Part shown: piece after piece, positions 9,355-24,300 of the stretch
Layout: each line of letters starts with the position of its first letter
How positions within the stretch are numbered: position 1 is the stretch's first letter
Virus record (IMG/VR): IMGVR_UViG_3300016478_000246
Location: 34,353-98,352 of that record
Origin: a virus
Reading direction: 5' to 3' (one strand)
Length of the DNA stretch: 64,000 bases
Program-made: the position numbers and the translations under genes
Notes under the pieces: generated by a model
Databases searched by the model: none
What the model saw: only the letters and a program-made list of their open reading frames with translations
Told to the model about the DNA's origin: nothing

Positions 9355-12300
9355 ATGGCTAAAACAATTGAAGATAAAGCATTAGGACTTGAATTTGTGA
9401 GTGATGATCCTTTAAAATCATATAACCCAAGCATTGCCGTTAAACAAACCGGGGACTTTAATGTCCCTGGTATCGGCACTGTGTCACGCGAATCCTTGGC
9501 TCCGGTAAACTTATGGCAAGCAGACCCTACTCGTCAAGAAGCAGTTGGTCAATATATGCAGGGCATTGACATGGCTGATAAATACTTATCACGCGAGAAT
9601 ATCACTCCTGAAGATTTGGATGATATTAATGAAGTGATGTATCGCAATCAGTCGACAGTAGAGGCTGTTGCTAATGGTTTTGTTTCACGGGCAATTTCAA
9701 TACTCCCAAAAACGCTTAACACTATTGGCTCAATCGGTGGACTTGGCTATGGAATGATGGATTACATGTTTGATGCAATTAATCCAAATGAAGAAGCTGA
9801 CTTAGGTCGTTCATTAAACCAAGGTCTTGATAATTTCTGGGTACGCGGTATGAACCATTGGGATGAAAGTCTTAAAGAGCTAATGCCGGTGTTTGGAAGC
9901 AAATATGGATATTACTCAGACTCATTGATGGATAATCTTTCATCAGCTAAGTTTTGGGCCGAAGATGGGTTTGATGGCTTGGCATTTACAGCATCAGCAT
10001 TTGTCCCCGGGGCTGGATGGGCCAAAGCATTAGATGCAATGTCTAAGACGGCTAAGGGCGCAAACTTTTTTGCCCAGACAGCTAAGTTTGCTAAATATGG
10101 CAAGGCTGCCCAAGCTATGAATGCTATGTCTAAAGAGCAATTAGTGGCGTCGGGGGTTGATAAGCTTACAAATATATTAACTACTGCCACCAACGTAATT
10201 AACGAGTCAGCTCTTGAAGCATATGAAGCTACAAAAAATTTTGATAAGGATACCTTCATAGCCAAGAGGTTGCAAGAAAGCCCTGAGGCTAAACGGATAA
10301 TGCAGCTTGAAGAGCAGGTATCAATGATGCGGGACGACTCTGAAATAGCTGGCTTAATTAACCCTGAAGAAGGGCCCAAGGCTATGAAGATGCGTGAACT
10401 GCAAGAGGCCAAGGACAACTTGCTTAACCAGCTTGATGAAGAGTATCTTGAGGCTAAGGGACAGTTAGGTCTTAATGTATTTAGGGCGAACAATATGGTC
10501 CTGATTCTGCCGGATTATCTACAGTCTAAATTATTTACCAAGGCTTTTGGCAATGCATCAAAGTCTATCCGCGCAGAAGCAAGACAGGCGGCTAATAAAG
10601 CTATCCGCACCACCGCTCTTAAAGAAGGATTTAAACAGGCTGGCTATGCAATTGGTCGAGAAGGATTTTGGGAGGAAAATGCTCAGACCGCAGCATCAAC
10701 ATACTATCAAGAAAAAGCGTTTGGGACTCCACGGATTGATAACGATGTTGTTGGTATTCTTGATAACATGGTTAAGAACGCTACATTTCAAGACAAAGAA
10801 GGCGCTAAGTCAATCATACTTGGTGCAGCCGCAGGTGGCTTGTCGTCATTTGGGTTAGGAGCGTACGCTCAGAAGCAAAAGAATAAAGAGTTTGATAAAG
10901 AAGAAAAACTCTGGCAAAATATATTAAACATCGCCGGGGCATCAGTTAAGACCGCTGTGGACGATTGGCGGGCACTGGCTGATGAAAATGGCAATATCTC
11001 AACTGAAAACTTTATCAAAGCATTTACGTTTGCCAAGGATAAAAAGGACGCCATTGAATCGCAGCAGGTAGCATTACTTCTTGGCAACGAGATAGCTCAC
11101 GAGCTTGGCCGTAATGACGAAATAACTAAGTTGTTTTGGGGCGAAGTAAGTTCGGTTAATGGCAGTAAATATATAAGCCAGGAAGAAGCTATTGAAGTAA
11201 TCAAGGGCAAACTCACTGCTCTTAAAGAGGTAGATGGTGCTGACAACGAAACAATCGCTATGGCTGATGGGTTCATAGCCAAGGTTGATAAATTGTCAGA
11301 GAACTTAAAGAATGCCGAAGAAACTATTAATAGAGTGATTGATTCTGAGGATAAAAATGCAGCTGATAACAAAGATGTTTTAACCAGGTCACTGTTCTTT
11401 GCGATGAACAAGCTCGCTGAAGTTAATGACCTTATAGAAAACGGTGAGACTATTTCAGACAGACAAAAAGAAGCTCTTGGTGCTCTCGCAGAAGAATATC
11501 AAGAGGCTATTGACGCTCTATCAGATAAGAACAAGGTTAAAGGCTTGGTGCAAAAATTTACTAATGATGCCAACTATCATTTAGCACTGCAAAATCAAAT
11601 TGCAGAAGAGACTGCCAAGCCTAAAGAAACTCAAGACCCAACAAAGTTAAAAGTATTAAAATATCAGCTTGAAGAGTTTTATGAAATCTATGGCTTTCAA
11701 ACCAATGCTGATAAGAAATCAAGACGTGCATGGGGTACTAATGGATTACGTTTAGGATTTGCCCCAACAGACGTTGTTAACCGTGGCACACTTGGGTTAC
11801 GTGATAAATACTTCTATGACTTGGGCCGTGATGCATTAGCGCGCAATGAAGTTGAAAGACTTATGGCTGATGTTAATGGAGATGTTACAGCAGCGGAGAT
11901 TGTATCATTTGTTGAAAGCGAAAACTTTCATTACCTGACAAAAGAAGAGGCTGATAGGCTGTCAGCAATTGCAGATTCAAAGGCTCAGGCTTTAAAAGAG
12001 GCCAAAGATAATGCTATAGTTATAAGAGATGATTTCTCTATTGACACAACGGCTTTTGATGAACTAAGCAAATCGCCAGACAATATCTTTACAGAGGCAA
12101 CCTCATCAAAGCCAAGTGAGTTAATTGGTAATGCTTATGCCAAAAAATCTCAAGAAAGAACTGAGTTTATTGGCTCAGAAGACAAAGAAATGTCTTTTGC
12201 AAATAATATACGTCGTAGACTTGCAACTAAGTTTAAACGCGACACAGATACTATGATTGAGAAGATTAATGAAGATATTGATAGTTATTCAAACATTGAA

Positions 12301-15300
12301 GCTATTAACGAACGCATTAATGCCACCCAAGATAGAATTGATGTATTTGAGCAGAGCGAGGACCATAAAGATTTGTTTAAGGATGATTCGGCGAAATTTA
12401 TTGAATCTCTTAAAGAACAAAAGGTTGTACTTGAACAGTTAAAAGGTGCTGCGCTCAACAACAAGGGTAACAAGGAAGCACTTGACACTAAACTCAAAAA
12501 CATTGAGAGCCAATCAATGATGAGCGCATTTGGACTTATGCTCGATGGCAATAAGGTTAAGATTTCTAACATGGCCTTGATTGAAAAAATTAAAGCTATT
12601 GTTGGTGTTGACGTTTTAAATAAGCTAATCTCAAACCTTGAGACTGATGGGATGGTGGGTGATTATGTCTTTATAGACAAGTTCATGCACGACCTGACAG
12701 CGGACCAACGTACGCAGATTTCTGAGGCTATCAAGGCTGAGCATGCCGTCGTTAAAGACAGATTATCTAAGAGCGTATTTAGGCTCAAAGTCGCTGATGG
12801 AAGACTTGATAAGTATGCAGCTATTCTTGAAAACCCTCAAAAGATTTTGACGGTATTCCTTGGTTCTAAGAAGATGTTTAAAAAGGGCGCTGATGGATAT
12901 ATTTTCCTAACGTCCACGACTAATAAAAAGAACATTATTGATAGATATATGATTCATGGCAATTTAGATTTGTTGCTTGAGGAAATAACTATTGACAATG
13001 GCAAAACACTGATGGCTGAAAATGTTAAATTAACAGCCCAGGATGTTACTGATGTGGTAGAGTTTTTGAAGGATATGATTCAGATGCGTAACAACGCACG
13101 AATCCTTAGCGACCTGGCATCAACGTCTGATATGAGTAAGTTTGCAAAGGCTGAAAAAGACTTGTTGACTTCAACAACTATTGGACCATCACAACAACAG
13201 CGTTCAACTATTAAGCGCATATATAAGTGGCTTGGTGATTTCAGCGACACTAAGAATAGCGGCTTCTCAGACATGTTAATTGCTAATGGTATAGCTGGTA
13301 CCGGTAAGACAATGATAGTGGCTAAAATGCTGTTTAAATTGCTTGCAAAGACTGCTGGTATCAATGTCAATAAGAATATTATGGTATTAGGTGCAACCAA
13401 AGAGGTGGCAGACAATTTATCAAACTCTATCGGCAAGACTATTGGCGCGACAAGCAAAGCTGTTGAAGATTTAAAGGAAGAAGATCTTAATGACAATATA
13501 TCAATCATAGCAGTCGATGAAATCGGTGTTCTTAATATTGTAAGACTGGGAGAACTGGCTGTTAAGTTACGCAACGTTAATGCTAAGCGAATCGAAAAAG
13601 GCTTAAATCCAATTAAATTGATTGGATTTGGGGACCCTAACCAGGTGACTGAGGTTGAAGGAGATAACGCCTCGCGTATTACAGAGCTTGAGGGGAAGGT
13701 TAATGAAGTTCAAACGACAGACTTAGTTGATATTAAGTTTGCCCCAACATTAATGGTTCAGTACCGAAGCGATATTGATGCAATCAACGAAGCAGCGGAT
13801 GAGTTTAGTGGCCGCAAAAAGCCAGTTAAAAACATCAGCGCGGTATCAAATGTAAAGAGTGATGAGTACGAAGCTAAAGATGCTAAAGGCGTTCATGCTT
13901 ACGATAATATCAACTCATTTATTCAGCGCATCGAAGGATTCTTAAAAGCTAACGAAAAGAAAACTATCACGCTGGCATATAATCTGCCTGAAAACAAGGA
14001 AGAGATCTACAAGCGTCTTTCAGACGAGGCTCGCAAAAGAGTTGTATTTAAAAACTTCTTTGAGTTGCAGGGTTTAACGATTGACAACTTGTTTATCAAT
14101 GTTAAAGTTAAAGGCACTGACCAGAAAAGGTTCAACTCATCAATGTATATGCTTTTATCTCGCGCAACTAATTATGTGGCTATTAACGATAATCATAGAA
14201 ATTTTGAGCAGAAGGTAGACCCAATATCTATGGAGAAGGTTGCCGATAGAAATGTTGAGCAAAAATCCAAGAGCAAAGATGCTTATGATAAAGTTGTTGA
14301 AGAAGAACTCGCTGTGATGGGTGATGTTGTTATAGCAAAACAACCAACGCTTAAAAAGACACCAAAAGTCAGCACTCCGCCAACACAAAACGATAAGCCT
14401 GAGCTAAATCCCGTAAATCATCAGCCTGAATCTCCAGTAGAAGAAGAAGTTGATGATACCGATGACCGCGAAATAACCCCAGAGGGAAAAGCTGAGCTTG
14501 CAGCAAAAGAAGCTGAGCGTGTTAAAGACAAGCCTGATGATGCTAAGATTGGTGATATAATCGAAGATACGTGGGAGCCAGGTCAGGTTAAGGTAGAAAA
14601 TCCAAGAGGAGCTAACTTTAAAACTGCCGATTTAAAAGACGGAGATAAACTTTTTGTTCTTAAAATTACCCCAGGCCAAATCAAGGGCGGTCCTAAAGAG
14701 GTTGCTATACTTGTAAAAGAAATTGAAGTTGCTGGAGAAAAGAAATACATTGAAGTTGCATGGCTCAATAAAAAAGAGGTCAAAGACCTTGGTCTTGAAG
14801 ACCACCCATTGTTTAAGTCAAAGAAGGGTGTGGACCGAAGCAATGATAATGATATGTACTCTGATGTTGAGCACGCAATGTTCAAAGATGAGGATGGCAA
14901 TTTAGTTCAAGTTAATGTTGACGCTGCAAGAGGATTTAAAGTTAAGTACGACCCAAATATCAAAGCTACTGGTAATATAATTAGCGATACTGCTGGATAT
15001 ATTGCAGATAAATTTAAGGTTTTGACAGGCAAGCTTAATGTTGAGTACTTTTTGCCGACACGTTCCACTATGGATAAAACAAATCCTAAGAACGCTTATA
15101 GCAATTTACCACTTGATTTGGGGGTGCCGTATTTGATCTTCACCTTGCCAAACGGTAAAACAATTCATGTCCGCTTAAATCCAAAGCCTTTTACTAAAGA
15201 TAATTCATGGACAATCAATGGAGTATCTGCTTTTGAAAGACTAAGATTATTCACTGAAGGGTCAGCAGCTATTATTAAGTGGCTGGAAGAGAATTCAATT

Positions 15301-18300
15301 GCAACATCAATAGGCTCTTTTTCGTACAGAGATTTGTTGCACGCAATAGGCTCTGACAAAGAACTGATGATAGCCCCTGATGGTGATAAGCGATTTAAAC
15401 TCATAGAGGGATTATCTGCGACCACATTTGAAGGAGCTTTTAATAATAGCATTGACGCACAAAAAATGTCAGCATTCTTTGGTGGGGATATTGATTTGTT
15501 CAATAGATTTATCACTGAAAACAGAGCCGCCCTTGAAAATGTATTAAATCAATACTTCTCTGTTAAGGAGGAGACTGAGATTATCAATATCACAAATTCT
15601 ATCAAAGAGGGAGACCCGTATAAATTAGGTGGTGCATTTGAAGTGTTTGCAGATGTTGTTAATAACAAATTTGCAGAAATGATTTCAGGACCACTTGCTG
15701 CTGAGCTGGCCAAAAATAATCCATCAAGAGAAGCTGTACTTGAAATATTTGGAATAGAGCTCGAATTAACCAAAGATGGCGTCCCATCTGAAAGTGAGTC
15801 AAATAAAGAAAAGCTTGCCGCTGCTGAAAAATTTTCAAAAGAGTTTGAAAAGCTTCATAGGGTCCACATAACAAAAGAAAAGCTTGCCGAAATAGCTTTT
15901 AAATCATGGACTGCGTTTGAAGAAGGCCAAATGTTTCCAAAAGGCTCATCAAAGAAAATATCAAGCAATGGAAGCGAACAGAATGCCTTTAAGATAATCC
16001 GTGACTTATACAAGCAAATGTTGGTGTTTAGTCCAATAGAGCATGAAGATGAGAACGGTATTATATACAAATGGCATGCGGAATTTAACAACAAAAAAAT
16101 TGATGGCAAACATGTTATTACCAGGGCGTACCCAGGAGAAGAAGATAGGCCGTTCATAGTTCAGGGGCGTACAACTCAAAATTCTCCAATACAAGCTATC
16201 CTCAACAACGTAGCGCGCTCCAACAAAACTATCAATGGTAAAAACCTGCGCAAGTACGCTCCTAAGAAAAGAGTGCTTGTAACACACTATGAGAGTGATG
16301 CTGTAACGTTGCTATGGGAGAAACGCATTGATAAGACAACCGTTGATCATCCAGTGGTAGAAAATATGCACCTTGATGCAAGGGCTCATGGAGTTAATGA
16401 AGAGGCTCTCGTGAAGTACATATCTATCAGAGATGCTGCTATTGCTGAATACAATAAAGCCAAGGGTTACGCATCAAACAAAGACCATACTGATGAAGAC
16501 AGGGTTGCTATCCAGTCAGTATTACAAGAGTCTATCGAAGAAGAGTTGATTGATAGTCTCGTTAAAAATGAGGCTGACACCAACTGGGCAATGGATGATC
16601 TTGATGAAATACTTTCAGGGAATACTCGTCGTCAGATTGTAAGCAACGAAATCCGTGATGCTAATAAAAACGGTCTTGCTGCTATGCGAGAATATCAGGA
16701 AAACTTCTCATCAGACTTTGCTGGCATCCAGGAAAGTACTTTAATTATCAAAAGAGATGTGCCTTCCGCTAAGCCAGAGCAAGCTCCTGCTGAAGCCGCC
16801 GCAGCTCCACAAGAACAAATTGATGTAGTTCCTGAAGAGGAAACTGAGGCTGGTGTCGGATTACTTGATATTGGTGGAAGCCTTAGCGATATTGGTATGC
16901 CCAAAGATGATTTTGATGACGCGTTCTTAGTCAAAGAGGGTACATCTCAAGAGCAACTTGGTAGGGTTATTAATGTAAACACAGCATTGGCTTATTTAAG
17001 GCGCTTATTTCCTAACGCAGACATTAACACATTTAGATTCTTAGAGTCTGTTAGAGGGCAAGGAAAAGATGTTTTTGGGCGTTTTGTTGACGGTATAATT
17101 GAAGTTGAAAAAATTGCTAAATCAGATAACCTCTATGAGAACATAGTTCGTCATGAAGCATTCCATAAAGTGTGGCGTGAGTTCATGACCGCATCGGATA
17201 GAAAGATAGTTGTTGAGGCTTACCTTAAAACACTTCCTAAAGATGAGCAAGCTAAATATAGCAATATGAGTTATGCTTATTTGGCTATGGAACTTGAAGA
17301 GCACATAGCAAGGGCTTATCAGGTCTATAATAAAAACCAGGATATTAAACCAGGACCAATGCGCAAAGCCATGTTATTCTTAAAGAGAATATTTAGAGAC
17401 TTGATGCACTTCCTAACTGGCAATCCGGCAGAGTTAAACCATTATTTCAACTTGATTGACTATGGATTCTTTAATACTCAGTTTGATCAGTTTAGAGGCT
17501 CCAAAGGATACTATGGTATTATTAAAGACTTTCAGAGTGTTGATAACTATATCTACGCTAAAGAGTTTGTTGCAGAGACTTACAAGTATTTCTTGTTTAA
17601 TGGACGCGGGCCTTCAAAAATCCCAATGTCTCAGCAAGAAATGAACGCAGCAGTTATTTTAGTGGCTCAAGATAGACTCAATAAGCGCAAAGCGTTTCTT
17701 AACGCCAATGCTCAAAAGTATATGGACAAGGAGCTTACTAAAGAGCAGGTTGAAAAATATGAACAAGCTGAGAAGGAAGCTAAGGCTTATGAGATGTTAT
17801 TACTATCTGACAAGGTTTTAAAAGACACTGAGAAGTTAAATGATTACAAAAAGATACTTGATGACGAAGCTATTGATAAAGAGTCTAAGGAATACAAGGA
17901 GGCTAAAGAGGCGTATGACAAAACTATTACACGAATCAATAAGGCTAAAAACCAGGACTTCCCAAGATTCTCAAAAATACTTGATGAGATTTTACCAGGC
18001 CGTGCAGACAATAAACTGGCCGCTGGTGTTTTAACGGTTGGGGATAAAGTTGAAGACACTGAAATCGACTACGAGGATGAAGAAGAGTTTAAAGACCCAT
18101 CTGCCGACTCTGGCGTAACAGCATTATCTCCGTTTGAAGCCAACTCTGACAAGCACGATAGGGAGACTAAAATGTTTGCAAGCGTTAAACACGCTTTATC
18201 AACTGCAAGAAATCTCCAATATAATACATTTATTGATGGTGGTTTGGCGTTTAGGATGGTGTTTAAGTGGTTTGAAGGATTGAACAATGATTCAAACGAA

Positions 18301-21300
18301 ATCCTATTGCAAGTGCGCAACAGAATGATTAATGACGTTTTCAAAGGCGACCATAAAATTACTGATACTGAACTGATTAAAGATTATGGCAATAGGGAGG
18401 ATGTGTCAATGTATTTTGCCCTTAAAGAAATATATGACATTGCATCGTCAAACTTTTATAGCAAAAGGTATTATGATGCAAATCCTGAACTGAAAGGCAG
18501 TAGGCTTGAGGATAATATCGCAGTAATCCTTGACAGCAAGGGTGACGTCGCTCATCTTGCAGTTCATAAAAAGGGTGAGGATATTAGCAAGGCTTTGTTG
18601 CAGGACTTAAAGAACAATGCTGATGTTATATTAATATCTGCAAAAGACCTTAAGCTTGATAAAAACAACAAACATTTATTGCTCGTTCAAGAAATGATTG
18701 CTAAGGCAGCAAAAGAAGGGCTTACCCTTAAAGACTATGAAATCTCTGCGGTAATGCAAAAGGAGATATTTAGAAATACCTGGGTTGAAATACAAAACAC
18801 TTTCTCCTCAATGAAAGAGTCGAACCTAATAGTTGTTAAACGAAAAGATTCTTTTAAAGGTATTGAATACTCAGTTTCATCCGGGGCGAGCACTGAAAAG
18901 CAACAGTTGGTTATTAATAATGTCAAAGACGAGATTGCTAAGAAGTTTAAAACTAAGTCTGAGTTTATGGCATGGATTAAAACTCAGGCAACAACTTTTG
19001 ATTTAAAGTCCGCAGACATTGATGCGATGACCGATGAGCAGCTTAAAGAAACTATCAAAGCATTCTTTAAGAGTATCGGCATAACAAGCAAGCCTGACTT
19101 TAAGAACACTACAAGAGTTGTTTGGGACTCAGTTGTGAGAGAATTAAATTGGTTTAGCTCTGCGAACATGGTTAAATGGGCGGAGTCACAAGAGGCTAAA
19201 GCCGTCGACAAGGCTGCTGATGAAAACGACATGATTGCTGGTCGCAAGGATGAAGAAGATGCTGATTATATTGATGAGGTATTTGAAGAAGAGGGAACTA
19301 TTCTTAACAAACTCGCGTCTGTAATATCAGCAGAAAATACTAAAAGACGCGCAGGCTCATTCAGAGGCGCTGACGACAGAAAGCGATATACTATTGTTAT
19401 GTCGGAGTTTGCGACTAAGGTTATAACCCAACTCAAGTCGCATGAGTTTGGAGTGAGAGGCGGCAACATTAAGCTACCAGATTACTTAAAGACTGACTTC
19501 ATGCGTGCTAACCCAATTCTTGCGGGATTGCAAAAGATTCACAAATTCCACTTGCATGGTGGTAATAAATACTCAAACAATTATAGTGAAGATAAAGTAA
19601 TTGACTACAATAAAGAAGGATTCCAGCAGTACATGGAAAGGTCATTTATGGCCTACTTCATGCGTGGATTTAAAAAGGGTGGAAGTTCTGTTGAATACTT
19701 CCAGCCAGTGTATGTAAAATCTAACAGAAAAGATACTACTCCCGCAAAGATGAATGTCTTGACATCTGAAAAGATTATAAACACAATTTATCCACAGATA
19801 TTTAATCAGCAATTATTACAAGACCCAGACTTGGGAGACAAATGGAATGTTGATGATGAAGGAACTCCGGTAGATGTATTTAAGTTTGTTAACATGGGGC
19901 CGTTAAAACAGGCTGTCATAGATGCAACTGGCAATAAATTTACCAAAGAAAAGTTTATTGAAATGATGCGTCAGGGTAAGACCTGGAATGATTTAGACTC
20001 CATATTTGGTGAAGGCACTATAAACAAGGTCAAAGAAAATCTCAACAAATACTTTGATGGTATTGCAAAACAGCTTGCTCAGCGCATGGTTACGGAAGGG
20101 GTTAAATTGCATGTTGATATGGCACAGATGGTTGAAAACTTGCTTGTGTTTGATGGCATGGACCCAAAGGTTGCTAAAGAAACTGTTGAAAAAGAGTTTA
20201 AAGACTTTGGTACTAATTTATTTCAGAGTGCAAGTGCTAATGCTAAAAAAGAAGGCAAAGGTATATACTCTAACAAAGCATCAATGCTTGAGGCCGCAGT
20301 AAGATTATTTGCTATGAACAACGAAGTTAATTCATATGCGCTTAATCAAATATTCACTGGTAATCAAAATGTGTTTGGCAAAGGAGTTTCGATACTTAAG
20401 CGTATGTCTGTCATCTTTGGTCCTGGTATGGGTATAGCTGTTGGACCTATGGGTGCAAAAGTTAAATCAAACGTGCTTGTGCTTAAAGACCCAACCTATG
20501 GTAGCGAATATAGGAAGTTAATTTATGGGCAAGTAGGATTGACTGAGAGCGAAATAAGTGAGCTTCTTTCAAAGAACTCCAGAGGTGCAATAAATTACGC
20601 TGATGGACAGGGTTATATAACTCCTAAAAGAGCACAAGAGCTTAGACGGGCTGTTGGAGCATCCTACAATCTATCAACAGTTGGTAAGCCTTTGTGGTAT
20701 GATATTGATGAAAATGGCGTTGCCCATGCAATTAAATACTCATGGATTGAGCTTACTGACGAGATTGTAAATAGTGACAGCACGGGAGGGTTAAAGGCCC
20801 TTAGGGAGCTTATGGAGAAGCATGATGTTGATGAAGCAGTATTTGCATCAGCCGTTAAGGTTGGATTGCCAAAAGGCGTTGTTGACTGGGATGCCGTTAT
20901 GAACAAGACTGCTGATGACGACATGGTTTCAAAAGCGATGCTTCAAATGAAAAATGCTAACTATCGCTTGCAGCTTAACCCTGAGCATGGATTTGGTGAT
21001 AATAACACCACCGTTCCATCACAGTTAATGTTTATCCTCAATATTTTAAACAACAATGTTGAAGAAGCTGATAAAGCTTATGATGCATTAATGAATTTAT
21101 ATAAGATTGGATTTAAGGAGCTTTCAGAGAAAATCAAGAAACATGGTAAGCTTAGTGAAGAGAAGGTTTTAGACACCCTTAAGACTAAGTTTAAATCATC
21201 TCCATCAGCAGAGATTGAATCTAATCTTTTGGATGAAGGTGTGACCACCGATTGGCCAGCAATCACTAATAAAGCATTTAGCCAGATGACATCGTTATTC

Positions 21301-24300
21301 TCAAAGAACACTATTAACCAAAGGCTTAAAGGTGGTAAGACGGTATTGATGGCGTCAAATGGCGTTACTGTCAATGGCAGAGAATTGTCTTATAGCGTTG
21401 AAGTTGATGCTGATGGAAGAAAGACGATAATGTCGGAAGCCGTTTTAACAAGAGAAGCTGCCAAACAAATATTAACTCCTGAAGAATATAAAGAGTTGAA
21501 TGATGCTATTGCAAAAGGCAGGACTCCTAATCTTATATTTACTAATGGTAATTTATTTGGCTATCGTATCCCATCTTCTGAATTGCACAGTGGTGTAGCT
21601 CTTAAGATAGTTGGACTTATTGATGGACCAGGAGTTAACATTGTTGTTCCTAAATACATTGTAGAGGTTCATGGTAGTGACTTTGACGTTGACTCGTTAT
21701 TTGTTATTGGACGTGAAGTGGTTTATAATAAAGAAGGAGTTCTTATCAATTACGATTGGGATAAAAAGAATAATCGCTATGAATTAAGAATTGCAACTGA
21801 GGATGAAATCGAAGCATTGCCTATTAAAGACAAGAAGCGCTACTATAAAAACATTGTAACAGAAATGCTTTTAAAAGCTATCTCAAAGCGTGAAAACTTT
21901 GTTCGTACCAACTCGGCCATCTCCCTTGCAGCCCTTGAAGGACTAAGGGTTAAGATTGCCAGAGAGACCGGTGGCAGCGTTGTAAAGAGTGAAAAGAACT
22001 TATCAAATGTTTTAGAGGCATTTGAAGTTCACCAATCATCACACAACGGTAGTGATGGTGTAGGTATCTTTGCAAGCTCATTTAAAGCCATAGCTTACGC
22101 TATGAGGGCTGGTCTCAACAAAGCAATCCCAAGAGTGACCATCAATGATAATGATGATAGACAGAAGATTGTGTTTAATGGCAAATTAATTGATTTGTTG
22201 TCAAACAAGATAACAACTTTTGAAATGATTGATGCGCTTGTAAATGCTGCGGTTGATAACGTTAAGGAGCAAATACTTCCGTATTTTAATCTTAATGCAA
22301 ACACCATGTCATCATTTGTTGGAATGCTGGCATTAGATGCAGGTGAAACTAATGGCATCAGCAATTCAAATGAATTGGCTGGGCGTATGGCAAGACAGTT
22401 GTTCTTTAAGAATATCGCTGACTATAAATCTGGTAATAGCTTCATGGCGACTGCCGGAGTTATCAATGACATTGCAGAAGCGCTTAAAAAACTTGGCAAA
22501 GATATTCCTGAAAGTTACGAAGACTTGACCACCGAAGAGTTGACAAAAGCTTTAGCGTTTAACGAAAAGGCTGGTATTAACTCTTTAAATGAGCTGTATG
22601 AAAAACTTAAAAATACAACCGATGCAGAACTTATTGATTTTGCAGCACAACAAGTTAAATTCTTTGAGTTTTACAAGAGCTTTAATAAAGTGGGTGAGGA
22701 TTTGTCTAAGTTGTCTGGATTGATGTCGATACTAAGAGAGTTTCCATCTGATGCAATTGCCCTTGAAACTAAAGTAAAAGATTTTGGCTCAGTGTTTGAA
22801 GAAGTTGATGAAAAGATTGCTAAGCCTATAGATGGGGATTTAGAGAGAACTATTGATTATTCAAAAGTAAAATCTAAAGATTCATTTAGCATAGATCTGC
22901 AAGAGCTGTTTATTACCGCACCGCACTTAGCTGAGGCGCACAAAGTATTAACAGAGCTGTATTTAGCGACAGAGTTTTATTTCTTTAAACATAGCAAGGA
23001 GGTTAAAGCATTTGTTGAACAAGTATCTGGGATTACTGGTAAAATTCTTAACGAGACCAGCAACGAAGAAATTGCCGAGGGTGACAAAGAAGAAGGTGAA
23101 AGTAAATCATCCATGAAGCAAGACGTTAAGACTAAAGTCTCTATGCGTGATGATGTTATTAAGTTCTTAATTAATGCCATTAATTGGGACCCAGCATTTC
23201 CTGGGTACAACAATTTACCACCGGCAGAGATTGAGGTTAATAAAGAGAAGCGTACAGTTGCTGGTGTTGATGCGTTTAAAAAGCACTTTGGCGAAAAGAT
23301 ATATGCTCTGAAAGAGCACTTAAAAACTGTTTCATCAGAGCAGGGTGTTAACAAGAAAATCCTTATCAACAAGTTCATTAATGAACTATCACCACGCGTC
23401 GGTTGGGGTGGTATCACTGAGTGGTCTATGCCGCGCTCGGTTGATTTTAAATCTGAGGATTTAATACGTCTTAAGGCTGATTTTGAAAAGCTTAACAAGT
23501 ATGATATTAAATACAACGAAGAAACTAAAAAATGGGAGGTTTCTGAAACTGATGATTTAAGTTACAAAGAGTGGCAAAAAGATTTTGTTAGATATGGAAC
23601 TATTGTTAATGGTATGTCTTTTGGGGCATCAAGCTTTTCACTTGCTTTACCATCTGACTTGTACATGGGGCTTTCTGATGGGCTGAGGGCTATGGTTGAA
23701 GTTATTAAAAACAATCCAAAAATGCTTTATAATAACAAACATAGATTCTTTATTCAATACGCTTTTAACAACATATTAAAAGTTAAGTCTATTGACACCA
23801 AGGCTGAGAAAGAAGGAGCGTCATACTCCGGGTTTGTTGAGATTCAGGACAAGGAACATTTCTTTAATTTAAAATTCCCTCTTGAAGTTACCAAGGATAA
23901 GGATAACAATGAAGTTGTTCATGACAACATGCCATCGTTAATTCGTAGGACTGGTAATAAAATCTCCGACATATTCATGCTTGTTGGTACTAAAGATAAG
24001 CATGCATATTATATAAGGCTTGGAGCACAACGCCCAACAATGACTTACAATACAACTGAAGAAGAGTTTGTGGCAGCAGCCAGCACTGAATTTAAAGATA
24101 ACAAAGACACTATTATGAGTCTTAATGAGTTTAAAGGAATGTCTGAAATTGATGCTGAGGCTGTATGGTCCACCCTAAACGAACAAGTTAGGGCTGAAAG
24201 ATTATTCTCGGTTAAAGTTGATACAACCATGCCGCATATTATAGTACCAAACACTCTTGAAGATAAATTTAAGGTGCAACCAGATTTAGTTGAAATGCTT